The notes under the pieces were generated by a model. That model did not search any database. It was not told where the DNA came from and was given only the letters and a program-made list of their open reading frames with translations. Shown piece by piece: positions 10,492 to 19,073 of a stretch of DNA of 64,000 nucleotides (the first letter of the stretch is position 1; every line of letters begins with the position of its first letter). A program made the translations under genes and the position numbers. The DNA comes from Escherichia phage vB_EcoM_LNA2, in sequence record MZ311865.1. One strand, given 5' to 3'.

Positions 10492-11984
10492 TATAAACCT
10501 GTCTGGGACCACGGTCCAAATACGTCTTCAAATGAATCCGCTTCTGTTTTATCAAAACGGAACCCTTTAATAATTGGAAGGAAAATACCTACAGTGCCTT
10601 CACGGCCTTTAGAATGAACCCAACCATTACATTCACAATCAGCGATACGTCCGATTAATTTACCTTCACGAGCTTCGGTCATTAATCGTTCACGGTCTAA
10701 ATCATGACGCTCGTCTAAAGGAATAAGAACCTTTACACCGTCAACTGTTTTATGAGTTGTATCTTTAAACCCTGAACCACAATCGGTTGTAATACGACGA
10801 CAACGTGATACGAGTTCGACACCACCTAATTTGTTAGGGTCTTTAGAGTGTTCATAGTATCCTACAACTTCTAAAGCGATATCAATAACTTCTTTAAATT
10901 TAATTAGGTTCTTAGAGCGTTTGTTTTCCCAATATGAATCACGGTTTTTAAGGATAATACCTTCAAGACCTTGGTCAACATATTTTTTATAAACCACTTT
11001 AGCTTCGTCAAGATTACGAACTAACTGATTTTCAATTGGCTCAATTCGCTTAAAGCCTTCAGCCATATTTTCAAGAGCAGCAAAACGAACATCGTATTTC
11101 TGACCTTTAATTTTGCCATCAGAATAGACTTCATCTAAAGGAACATAGTCCCAGGCTTGAAGAACCATACCTTCCGCTTCTTTAGGAGAAATAGTCCCTT
11201 GAAGAGATTTATTTGCTAAACCATTTGAAGTGCTACGGTCTGCAACTCGTACTTCTTCGGATTCTTCATTATCACCAAATAAGAACGATAGGTCATTTCC
11301 TGAGCTCACAGCCTTTTTAATATCAAATGAATGATAAACTAATTCACCGTCGATTAAAACCCCATTAGGGTGTCTTTCACGAGCTTCTTTAGTCATTTCC
11401 ATTAGTTCATCCGCTAATAGAGTAAGACCATGGTATTCGTTACCGGCACGAGAAAAGAATTGAACGCCATCATCGCGAACTTCAGCGAAACAACGAGCAC
11501 CATCTGCCTTTAATTGGGCAAATGCAGGCCATTTAATATTTTTAGTAATCAATTTCTCATCATATGCAGATGCTAACATCTGTGGCTGCAATTGAATAAG
11601 TCCAGGCCACACCTTATTCGCGATAGACACTGAAGCACCTACTTCAAGGTCTCGCATCATTACACGACGAAGGACTTCTACATCGTCAGGTTTACCGTCA
11701 GCGATATAACCCATGAGCTCTTTAATTGCAGCATTACCAGTGAGTTTACGAGTGGCTAATGTGAACTCAATAAAATCCAACATGTCATCTAATTCAAGAA
11801 GACCATACGCTTGAGACCTTTCACCTGGTCCTGGCCATTTCTTAATATAATACTGGATACCACGTGCATATGTTAAACGATACACACGTTCAAGTAATTT
11901 GTTGTCCTTATTTTTCTTAAGGATTTCTTGTTTTGTTTTAGTAGAACCGATCGCAGCTATTTGGTTTAAAATATCTAAAATCAT
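10491..11984 (-). CDS. 30: ATP-dependent DNA ligase gp30
   Basis: 497 aa; ligase adenylation motif KADGARC (KxDG); T4 gp30-like; synteny alt-30-30.x. Confidence 0.9.
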   Translation of the reverse strand: MILDILNQIAAIGSTKTKQEILKKNKDNKLLERVYRLTYARGIQYYIKKWPGPGERSQAYGLLELDDMLDFIEFTLATRKLTGNAAIKELMGYIADGKPDDVEVLRRVMMRDLEVGASVSIANKVWPGLIQLQPQMLASAYDEKLITKNIKWPAFAQLKADGARCFAEVRDDGVQFFSRAGNEYHGLTLLADELMEMTKEARERHPNGVLIDGELVYHSFDIKKAVSSGNDLSFLFGDNEESEEVRVADRSTSNGLANKSLQGTISPKEAEGMVLQAWDYVPLDEVYSDGKIKGQKYDVRFAALENMAEGFKRIEPIENQLVRNLDEAKVVYKKYVDQGLEGIILKNRDSYWENKRSKNLIKFKEVIDIALEVVGYYEHSKDPNKLGGVELVSRCRRITTDCGSGFKDTTHKTVDGVKVLIPLDERHDLDRERLMTEAREGKLIGRIADCECNGWVHSKGREGTVGIFLPIIKGFRFDKTEADSFEDVFGPWSQTGL

Positions 11985-12250
11985 TTGATGTCCTCGATTT
12001 TGGTTACGGTTCTATTATAAGCCACTTCATCTAGAAGCGATTTCAGCGTTTTCTGATAAGTGGTAATCCATTTACCGAGCCCTTCAACATAGTATTCTGA
12101 AATGTAGATGAACCCTTGTTCAACACACTCTTTAAATATTTCTGCGTCTTTTACTGAACGAAACAATGGCCAGTCTCGAAAGAACATGTTAACGTGACCG
12201 TAGTCACGTGTGGTGTTTTTGCCATCTGTAATATCATGAACTACAAACAT
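11981..12250 (-). CDS. hypothetical protein (30.1 position)
   Basis: 89-aa ORF with ATGA overlap to ligase. Confidence 0.5.
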   Translation of the reverse strand: MFVVHDITDGKNTTRDYGHVNMFFRDWPLFRSVKDAEIFKECVEQGFIYISEYYVEGLGKWITTYQKTLKSLLDEVAYNRTVTKIEDIK

Positions 12251-12259
12251 AAGTATCCC

Positions 12260-13075
12260 TTAACAATTTATAGACCAAGTCCATTTAGACGAATCTAAAG
12301 GAAAGTTTTGAATCGTCCACCATGGCCGCATATCGGTTGGTCCTGGAGTTCGCCAGGTATACGGATTCGACGGAGCGCCAATTTGATTAGGCCATGCGCC
12401 TGGACTTGTTGCACCAGATTCTTTAAGCAAATCTGCCAATCGTTTTAAAAGGTCTTCATGATCTGAATCTGAATTATGCTTGGGTGGAACCAAACGAGAT
12501 TCAATATCATCCCACGTGTGTACACGTTGTGCAGTACGAGGAATATCATCACGTTCACCACGAGCCAACCAATAAATCGGTACATTAAGAATTTCTGCTG
12601 CATGGTCACAGTGATGAGCTAAATCGTCAACGTAACAAATCACGTTATATTTTGTTTTAGCTAGTTCAAATAATTGTTCCTTTGACGAATCGTGACCACA
12701 CATCATTACTTCAGAAAAAGCGCCTGGGAACAAAGCATTCAAATTAAATTGTCTATTCAATCGAGCATCAATTGAATCACCTAGCGCCGTCACGGCTACA
12801 AAATTATAGTCTTCTTTTAGTTTATTGATAACTCGAAGAGCATCCGAATAAGGCGCTAAGTAACGAATAAAATCAGAGCGATTATATTTTTCTATTAATT
12901 GTTTACCGAGGTTATCATCGGTATTGAATAGTTTACCAGGAGAAATAAATTTTTCGTCCTGAATCATTTTTAAAATATGTTCTAATGGAAGATTATATTT
13001 TTGGGCAAAATAAGGAAGTCCAGATTGCCAGCTTAAACATACACCATCAATATCAGTCAAAATAGTAGGCTTCAT
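12260..13075 (-). CDS. HAD-superfamily hydrolase-like protein (30.2 position)
   Basis: 271 aa; N-terminal DIDGV motif (DxDG[TV] of haloacid dehalogenase-like phosphatases). Confidence 0.6.
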   Translation of the reverse strand: MKPTILTDIDGVCLSWQSGLPYFAQKYNLPLEHILKMIQDEKFISPGKLFNTDDNLGKQLIEKYNRSDFIRYLAPYSDALRVINKLKEDYNFVAVTALGDSIDARLNRQFNLNALFPGAFSEVMMCGHDSSKEQLFELAKTKYNVICYVDDLAHHCDHAAEILNVPIYWLARGERDDIPRTAQRVHTWDDIESRLVPPKHNSDSDHEDLLKRLADLLKESGATSPGAWPNQIGAPSNPYTWRTPGPTDMRPWWTIQNFPLDSSKWTWSINC

Positions 13076-13539
13076 AAAGAGTCTCTTAATAGGTTTAACA
13101 CATCAATAAATTCAGCTTCGGTTAATATTGTATCATCTTTTGTTAGGTGGCTGGCCATGCTGTGCTTCAAAATTTTTCCTTTAGAGGCTTGTAAGGCATC
13201 GCGAAACCCCTTGTTTTGGATCGCTGCTTCAAAATATGCATTTGTATATAATTCTTTCCATGCTTCAGAGTATCTTGAAAATGGAACTCCTAACCAGAAG
13301 AGAGTCCCACTGTCCTGAGCTCTTGCGTAAGACCTTCCAGCTTGCTGTGCAGCCAATCCAGACAACCCAAATATACGTCTTTGTTGTTCAACATTTTTCA
13401 CCTTACATCCTTGGAGAAATCCTTCAAGACCTCCGAATTGAATACCATCCATAACAAAAGGCCATTGAGCAAAGTTACTTAATGCACATGATGGCCATTT
13501 GAAATTACTTCTTATTTCTAATTCAGACATCTTTAACAC
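13072..13539 (-). CDS. YbiA-like NADAR-domain protein (30.3 position)
   Basis: 155 aa; LSNFAQWPFVMDG resembles the E. coli YbiA/NADAR core motif (FSNFAAWP..VDG). Confidence 0.6.
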   Translation of the reverse strand: MLKMSELEIRSNFKWPSCALSNFAQWPFVMDGIQFGGLEGFLQGCKVKNVEQQRRIFGLSGLAAQQAGRSYARAQDSGTLFWLGVPFSRYSEAWKELYTNAYFEAAIQNKGFRDALQASKGKILKHSMASHLTKDDTILTEAEFIDVLNLLRDSL

Positions 13540-13741
13540 TTATAATTTCAACATCAGCCCAATGACCGTATCCAGGTATACGGTCTTCGATAGATAAATT
13601 TCTGTCATTTTTAGGCATTTTAATTGACGTAACGTATGGTTCTAAACGGTTTTCTGCATAATGTGGAAAAACGTCTGTTACACGATAAGTAACTTCAATC
13701 ATTTCCGTACCAAACAATTTCTGGATTAATTTATTCAACAT
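13523..13741 (-). CDS. hypothetical protein
   Basis: 72-aa ORF in compact operon. Confidence 0.4.
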   Translation of the reverse strand: MLNKLIQKLFGTEMIEVTYRVTDVFPHYAENRLEPYVTSIKMPKNDRNLSIEDRIPGYGHWADVEIISVKDV

Positions 13742-13928
13742 GTTTCAACCCTTTAATAGGAGATAACTCTTTACCCATACGTATGTCAGAAGTCCAATCA
13801 ACCCATTGAACAGCATACGCTTCATTGATAATTCCAGCGGCGGTTTTAAATTCAGGGAGAACTTTAAAAATCACCCCAGGAATTCCAACACCTTTTAATT
13901 GGACTGTTTGTGCTATTAAAAATTTCAT
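13731..13928 (-). CDS. hypothetical protein
   Basis: 65-aa ORF immediately downstream of a promoter cassette. Confidence 0.4.
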   Translation of the reverse strand: MKFLIAQTVQLKGVGIPGVIFKVLPEFKTAAGIINEAYAVQWVDWTSDIRMGKELSPIKGLKHVE

Positions 13929-13952
13929 ATTTTTCCACTTACTAAAGAAATC

Positions 13953-13983
13953 ATTATACTCTAATCCGTCCTTGGATGTACAC
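13953..13983 (-). promoter_or_regulatory. early-type promoter cassette (GTGTAC -35, TATAAT -10)
   Basis: Minus-strand GTGTAC-spacer-TATAAT with CCAAGG palindrome in the spacer; -35 overlaps the stop of the 204-aa ORF. Confidence 0.5.
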
Positions 13984-14597
13984 TACTTAATGAAATTAAT
14001 TTCTACCGGATGAACAACAGGTTGAGCAGTGATATATTGAGTAATTGCTTTCATGACTAGAGCTTCAGAACCAGGATTTTTCTCAACGAATTCACGTGCT
14101 AGGTTATGAGCTTCAAGTTCACTTAGTAAACCACTTCGTTGACATCCACGGTCTTGAGTACCCTGTTCAGATAAAAAGGCGACGATGTATTTTTCATCGT
14201 CATACGGTTTAGACGGTTGAGCAAATGTTCCTTTACTTCCAAAAGGAGAGTTATGACGCCACATCACGCCGTTAGGAGTTTCAACCTTCGTATATTCGTG
14301 TGGGCCATTTTTCTTAGTTTCTTGATGTGGAACTTCGTGGACCTTAGGGTTAGGACATTCAATAAAATGCTCATCTAAATCGGTCGAGAATATTAAAGAA
14401 AAACAATTACTAAATTTACCAACACCTGCCTGATAAATTTTACCTTCAGACGTTCTAATTTCACAAACCGAGCCGGCATCAGTAACTTCTAAAACTTCAA
14501 AAGGCTCGATAAGGTCATATGAGAACATGTTTTTAAGGCGTGGAGTAATATCCCCATTTTTAAAATTCATTTTATAAAAAGTATTAACTTTAAACAT
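13983..14597 (-). CDS. hypothetical protein, 204 aa, no recognisable T4 counterpart
   Basis: ORF with GAGGA RBS, preceded by a terminator hairpin and followed by a promoter cassette. Confidence 0.55.
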   Translation of the reverse strand: MFKVNTFYKMNFKNGDITPRLKNMFSYDLIEPFEVLEVTDAGSVCEIRTSEGKIYQAGVGKFSNCFSLIFSTDLDEHFIECPNPKVHEVPHQETKKNGPHEYTKVETPNGVMWRHNSPFGSKGTFAQPSKPYDDEKYIVAFLSEQGTQDRGCQRSGLLSELEAHNLAREFVEKNPGSEALVMKAITQYITAQPVVHPVEINFIK

Positions 14598-14609
14598 AAT
14601 TTCCTCAGT

Positions 14610-14625
14610 GGGAGCCGAAGCTCCC
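14610..14625 (-). terminator. UUCG-tetraloop hairpin
   Basis: GGGAGC-cgaa-GCTCCC on plus strand. Confidence 0.55.
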
Positions 14626-14632
14626 AGTTAAA

Positions 14633-14998
14633 TTAGATATCGAATTCATTAAGAACTACATCAAAGATTGCTTCGAGATGTTCAGGTTTAGCTCGATGAC
14701 TCAGGATATGACGAATCCAAGTTTTAACCAGAAGTTTACGATTAACACCGTTCCAGCAAGGATGGGTACCTAAATCACGTTGACGGAAATCGTCATCTAA
14801 AGCGATTTTAAAAGTAGAACCTTCCATCGTGATTGAAACCGTGATGCCATTTTCAAATCGCATATAAACGTAATTAGGAGTCATGCACTGTTCGATTTCA
14901 CAAACTGTACCGTTTTCATGTTTCCATAAGCAAATAACTTCAGAAGAACCAGCGATACCGTTAGAAACATATCTGCGTTCGAAGTTGATGTAGTTCAT
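14633..14998 (-). CDS. hypothetical protein (30.7-like position)
   Basis: 121-aa ORF. Confidence 0.45.
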   Translation of the reverse strand: MNYINFERRYVSNGIAGSSEVICLWKHENGTVCEIEQCMTPNYVYMRFENGITVSITMEGSTFKIALDDDFRQRDLGTHPCWNGVNRKLLVKTWIRHILSHRAKPEHLEAIFDVVLNEFDI

Positions 14999-15039
14999 TT
15001 TATTCTCCAGATGTTTAAGTTGTTTGTTGGTACAGGTCT

Positions 15040-15068
15040 ATAATAACATAACCTGTACCAAAGTAAAC
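15040..15068 (-). promoter_or_regulatory. early-type promoter cassette with 9-10 bp hairpin around -10
   Basis: Minus-strand GTTTAC-17nt-TATTAT; inverted repeat GGTACAGGT...ACCTGTACC flanks the -10. Confidence 0.5.
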
Positions 15069-15072
15069 TGTT

Positions 15073-15441
15073 TTATGCAACTTTAATCCAATTGTCTAAA
15101 TTTAAAACACCTTTGGCTTTCATTTTTTCGATCAGGCTATCTGCTGTAATGCGTCCATTTTGATACCATGTAACATCTTCAGAGTAACCAGTTTCTTCGT
15201 CAACATATGTTTCTGAACGAATTTTACCGGTAATAATAGTTTTTAATTCGTATGTGTCACCTGTGAAAAAGTTTGCTAACACAATTTTCCAAGAGAAATC
15301 ATCTGAAGGACCTTCAGGGGTCATACAACCTACGAACTCAAATTGCTCTTTGTATAACATCCACCGGAATTCTTTAATTTCGATAGCTTTATAACCGCCG
15401 TGGTCTTTACATTTGATGTATGAGTTCAGATTGATTTTCAT
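15073..15441 (-). CDS. hypothetical protein (30.8-like position)
   Basis: 122-aa ORF. Confidence 0.45.
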   Translation of the reverse strand: MKINLNSYIKCKDHGGYKAIEIKEFRWMLYKEQFEFVGCMTPEGPSDDFSWKIVLANFFTGDTYELKTIITGKIRSETYVDEETGYSEDVTWYQNGRITADSLIEKMKAKGVLNLDNWIKVA

Positions 15442-15483
15442 TTTGTTCTCCGGTTTGTTTTATTGATTAGGTGGTACAAGTCT

Positions 15484-15512
15484 ATAGTAACACATCCTAC
15501 AGGAGAGTAAAC
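15484..15512 (-). promoter_or_regulatory. early-type promoter cassette
   Basis: Minus-strand GTTTAC-17nt-TACTAT upstream of ORF 15073..15441. Confidence 0.45.
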
Positions 15513-15550
15513 ATCTTTTTTTAAACTTTTTCTGCCCTAAACGCACAAAA

Positions 15551-15568
15551 GGGAGACCGAAGTCTCCC
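15551..15568 (-). terminator. UUCG-tetraloop hairpin
   Basis: GGGAGAC-cgaa-GTCTCCC on plus strand, immediately 3' of the small basic ORF. Confidence 0.55.
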
Positions 15569-15573
15569 TAAAT

Positions 15574-15753
15574 TTATGCAACAACCTTTCCAAAACGAGA
15601 AGCATCATCTCGAAGAACTGCACGTGCTCTGCGCATGATCTTCTCAACTGTTTGATTAATACGAGAGTTCGACCCACGCTTGTATCCAGCGCGTTTAGAG
15701 GTACCATCAACTTTCTTTTCAACTGCTTTCTTTGCTTTAGCTTGTTTTGCCAT
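15574..15753 (-). CDS. small basic protein, 59 aa (missed by ORF track)
   Basis: Hand translation: MAKQAKAKKAVEKKVDGTSKRAGYKRGSNSRINQTVEKIMRRARAVLRDDASRFGKVVA; Lys/Arg-rich; stop followed by terminator hairpin. Confidence 0.5.
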   Translation of the reverse strand: MAKQAKAKKAVEKKVDGTSKRAGYKRGSNSRINQTVEKIMRRARAVLRDDASRFGKVVA

Positions 15754-16021
15754 TATAAATTCTCTTTAAATGAAAATGCAGGACTTATTGACATTGCCTG
15801 CGCAAGCCCTCAAGGGGAACATAGGTTTTGGGTATTTAACGACAGGATAACCATAAACCCGTCATCATACTTACCATGACTTACACAGCTAACCTTTTGC
15901 TGACGCATGATAGTACAAAATACATTCAAGAGGTACACCGTAAAATTGTCGGGGCGGTACTTCTAAAACATAGCGATTCGCAAATCGATAATCAGACAAT
16001 TCGACGGCTCCTCGATTTAGC

Positions 16022-16270
16022 TTACTTCAGGGTAATAATAAAATGACGTACTGCTTTACGTGCGGCAGAAGCCAGAGGCTTAGCATATTTCAATTCATCT
16101 TTCTGGACCAGGATATCGCGAAGATCGGCTTGTGCTGGATTCAGATGTTTGAAATACTGTAAGATTTCGAGGGCTTCGGCTTCGACATCAATAGATGCAC
16201 CGTAATTTTCGTGGCCATTATTCCATGCATGGCGTTGCAGTTCAAGAGCGTGTTGTAATTGTTTAATCAT
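16022..16270 (-). CDS. rIII: rIII lysis-inhibition accessory protein
   Basis: 82 aa, T4 rIII length, adjacent to gene 31 as in T4. Confidence 0.75.
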   Translation of the reverse strand: MIKQLQHALELQRHAWNNGHENYGASIDVEAEALEILQYFKHLNPAQADLRDILVQKDELKYAKPLASAARKAVRHFIITLK

Positions 16271-16394
16271 TTTAAATTCTCAATTCGAGACAATATTTAG
16301 TAGCCACGTTCGTCTGAATTTCACCTTCTTTCGACAGGTCTCTCAGTTGTAGGCTACCGCTTAGAAGAGTGTTCTCTTCATATAGTTATTTATA

Positions 16395-16727
16395 TCACTT
16401 ATAAAGACACGGAATAGCTTTATAGTGGCATGTTACGAATTTCTGTTTAATTTCTTTAGGTTGTTTAAGTCCCAAAGCCACAAATGGATGTGGAACATTT
16501 CGAATTTGTCCAACTGGTATTGGAGTCAAATCACCGACTTCAACAAAACCTTCAGGAACATCAGGACCTACAGAATGAACTACACATAGTTCAGGAACTT
16601 CACCTTGAACACGTTTACCAATCACAAGTCCTGATTCTGTAACTTCTTCATCACCTGCTTGAGCTGGTTCAGAAACCAGAATGACATATTCACCAACAGC
16701 ACGAATTGGGAGTTGTACTTCAGACAT
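16395..16727 (-). CDS. 31: co-chaperonin gp31 (GroES-like)
   Basis: 110 aa; sequence matches T4 gp31 as I recall it ([34 protein letters not shown]...). Confidence 0.85.
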   Translation of the reverse strand: MSEVQLPIRAVGEYVILVSEPAQAGDEEVTESGLVIGKRVQGEVPELCVVHSVGPDVPEGFVEVGDLTPIPVGQIRNVPHPFVALGLKQPKEIKQKFVTCHYKAIPCLYK

Positions 16728-16784
16728 CTTATTTCCTTGTTGTTTGACTATAGATTAATAATACCATACTATTCGTAAAGCATA

Positions 16785-17093
16785 TTACATAAGAAGCAAA
16801 CGTTCCGCCGGAGTACCATCAACCGAAATTACTTTATCAAGGCGGAAAGAACGCCACTGGCCTAACTTGGTATCGAATGCTCGAACTGATTCACGAGGTT
16901 CATAACGAACTTCTGTTGCTGGATTGTTATTTTCATATTTGACTTCAAGTTCATCGCGCGAAGCAAACATAGTGCGTACCTCGCCGTTAGCCTTTTCAAA
17001 TACAACACAATGAACGCCTACAGACAGAATAGTTTTAATACGTTCACGAAGAACCATAGTTTCTTGTTCAGTTAAAATCATATTATTCACCAC
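16785..17093 (-). CDS. hypothetical protein (31.1-like position)
   Basis: 102-aa ORF between gene 31 and cd. Confidence 0.4.
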   Translation of the reverse strand: MVNNMILTEQETMVLRERIKTILSVGVHCVVFEKANGEVRTMFASRDELEVKYENNNPATEVRYEPRESVRAFDTKLGQWRSFRLDKVISVDGTPAERLLLM

Positions 17094-17664
17094 AAAAGTT
17101 TCGGATTTGTTCCCAATTCAGAGAACGAAGATTATTACGAGAGTACTGAATTACTTCAATACCGGCTTGTTTTAGAATGTCTGCCCAATTTTCAGGAGAT
17201 CGATCGTATAATTCTGCGTATACAACCTTTTTAATACCTGACTGCGTAATAGCTTTAGTGCAATCAGGACATGGAGAAAGCGTCGTATATAACGTAGCGC
17301 CTTCAATAGAATTACCTTTACGAGCTGCAAACAAAATTGCATTCAATTCTGCATGGATTTCATTATTAGCAGACCATGCACTATGAGCGGCCCGATGTTC
17401 TTTAGCCAAAACAAAATTATCTGCCCGTCCAAATGCTGTAGTGCCTTCTTTATGTCCAGCAACGATGACCGGGCTTGGTTTATTCTTCAACCAACCATTT
17501 TCGGATGCATGTTCACAACAGTTAACGCCACCTGCTGGTGAGCCATTATATCCAGTAGAGATAATGCGCCCATCTTTTTCAATGACTGCGCCAACTTTCC
17601 ATGAACAACATTTTGATTCTTGAGAAATCAGATATGCAATCTGAAGGTATGTGCTAGCTTTCAT
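17083..17664 (-). CDS. cd: dCMP deaminase
   Basis: 193 aa; zinc-binding deaminase motifs HAELNAI and SPCPDC; T4 Cd length. Confidence 0.9.
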   Translation of the reverse strand: MKASTYLQIAYLISQESKCCSWKVGAVIEKDGRIISTGYNGSPAGGVNCCEHASENGWLKNKPSPVIVAGHKEGTTAFGRADNFVLAKEHRAAHSAWSANNEIHAELNAILFAARKGNSIEGATLYTTLSPCPDCTKAITQSGIKKVVYAELYDRSPENWADILKQAGIEVIQYSRNNLRSLNWEQIRNFCGE

Positions 17665-18656
17665 TATTGAACCTTATTAATATAAGTTAACAGCTCTTTA
17701 GTTTGTTCCCAACTGATGCACGCATCGGTAACGGAAACGCCATAGGACATATTATCAGAAATTTTTTGATTTCCTTCATGTAGGAATGATTCTATCATAA
17801 TTCCTTTGACCAAATCATTAGCTGCTAAATTTTTACCAATACCAATTTGATTGCTATAATGTCCATCAGCGTTTGCATGGCTACAGTCAACCATTACATA
17901 ATGATTCAGACCTACTGCCCTTGCTTTGTTAGAAGCTTCTTGAATATCAGAAGAATGATAGTTCGGGCCGTTGGTCCCGCCACGCAATACGATATGCGTA
18001 TTCTGATTACCTTCAGCTTCAACAATGCCTACAGTACCATCGACGTCCATACCCATATACCGATGAGGCCAGGCGGCACTATACATCGCGTCTGTAGCTA
18101 CTTTAATAGAACCATTGGTTGCGTTCTTGAAGCCTACGCACATCGGTAGACCTGAAGCAATTTCACGATGTGTCTGACTTTCAGTCGTACGGGCGCCAAT
18201 AGCAACCCATGAGAAAATACCAGAAAGATACTTAATCGTGAATGGGTCTAATACTTCAGTTGCTAATGGAAGTCCCATACGTAGAAGTTTACGACACAAT
18301 GTTCGTGCAACTATAAGACCGTGGTTCATATCAAAACTTCCGTCAAGATATGGATCATTTACAAGACCTTTCCAACCTACGGTAGTTCGAGGCTTTTCAA
18401 AATAAACGCGCATCACTAACAGAACATTAGGAAGACGAGTTTGAAGTTCAGCCAGACGTTTGCCGTATTCAACAGCAGCAATAGGGTCATGAATTGAACA
18501 AGGACCTACAACAATAAGTTTGCGTGGGTCTTCACCATTCATAATCGAATTAACTTGTTCGCGATGAGAAGCCACTTGTGATGCGTAAGCTTCCGACAAA
18601 GGAATAATCTCAGCTAGTTCTTTTGGAGAAATAAGTTTTCCGACGACAGGTAACAT
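17664..18656 (-). CDS. DAHP synthase (phospho-2-dehydro-3-deoxyheptonate aldolase), AroF/AroG-like
   Basis: 330 aa with class I DAHP synthase signatures (VVGPCSIHDP, RVYFEKPRTTVGWKGL, GARTTESQTHRE, VMVDCSHAN, GVSVTDACISWE); locally higher GC than flanks. Confidence 0.85.
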   Translation of the reverse strand: MLPVVGKLISPKELAEIIPLSEAYASQVASHREQVNSIMNGEDPRKLIVVGPCSIHDPIAAVEYGKRLAELQTRLPNVLLVMRVYFEKPRTTVGWKGLVNDPYLDGSFDMNHGLIVARTLCRKLLRMGLPLATEVLDPFTIKYLSGIFSWVAIGARTTESQTHREIASGLPMCVGFKNATNGSIKVATDAMYSAAWPHRYMGMDVDGTVGIVEAEGNQNTHIVLRGGTNGPNYHSSDIQEASNKARAVGLNHYVMVDCSHANADGHYSNQIGIGKNLAANDLVKGIMIESFLHEGNQKISDNMSYGVSVTDACISWEQTKELLTYINKVQ

Positions 18657-18776
18657 AACAATCCTTAGGAGATATAAACAGATTCTGATTCAACAATACC
18701 TTTAACCGGATTAGACAGGCTAAGTTGGTAGTGCTCAGATTTATGACCATTCTCGATAGTAATGAGATAGCTCTCA

Positions 18777-19013
18777 TTATAGTGTTCCATATACTCGAGT
18801 TGCTTCAACAAGACCATCGCTGCCTAATTTAAGATTAGTAATTTGGTCACCATCTTTAGGATTAACGATTATGAGAAAAGAACGTGGAGATTCTTGAATA
18901 ACTCGTAATGTTGCATCTTGGAAACGTTCAGACACTTTATTGATGAGTGCTTGAGCAAATTCTTTTACTTTAATCTGAAATTCGTGTACTGTAATTGGGT
19001 TTTCACTTAGCAT
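18777..19013 (-). CDS. hypothetical protein
   Basis: 78-aa ORF downstream of a promoter cassette. Confidence 0.4.
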   Translation of the reverse strand: MLSENPITVHEFQIKVKEFAQALINKVSERFQDATLRVIQESPRSFLIIVNPKDGDQITNLKLGSDGLVEATRVYGTL

Positions 19014-19040
19014 TTCTATTTCCTCATTTGTTGGTAGAGT

Positions 19041-19070
19041 TATAGTATCACAACTCCACCATGTTGTAAA
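19041..19070 (-). promoter_or_regulatory. early-type promoter cassette with hairpin around -10
   Basis: Minus-strand GTTTAC-18nt-TACTAT; inverted repeat GGTGGAGTT...AACTCTACC flanks the -10. Confidence 0.5.
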
Positions 19071-19073
19071 CCA

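Noticed and set aside
16271-16394. Promoter cassette upstream of rIII
   Set aside because: Region lacks the GTTTAC/TATAAT arrangement seen elsewhere; cannot be assigned by eye.
17177-18149. Plus-strand ORFs 17177..17386, 17353..17541, 17441..17623 and 17847..18149 opposite cd and the DAHP synthase gene
   Set aside because: Antisense to genes with strong catalytic-motif support; Ser/Cys-rich translations typical of wrong-frame reads.
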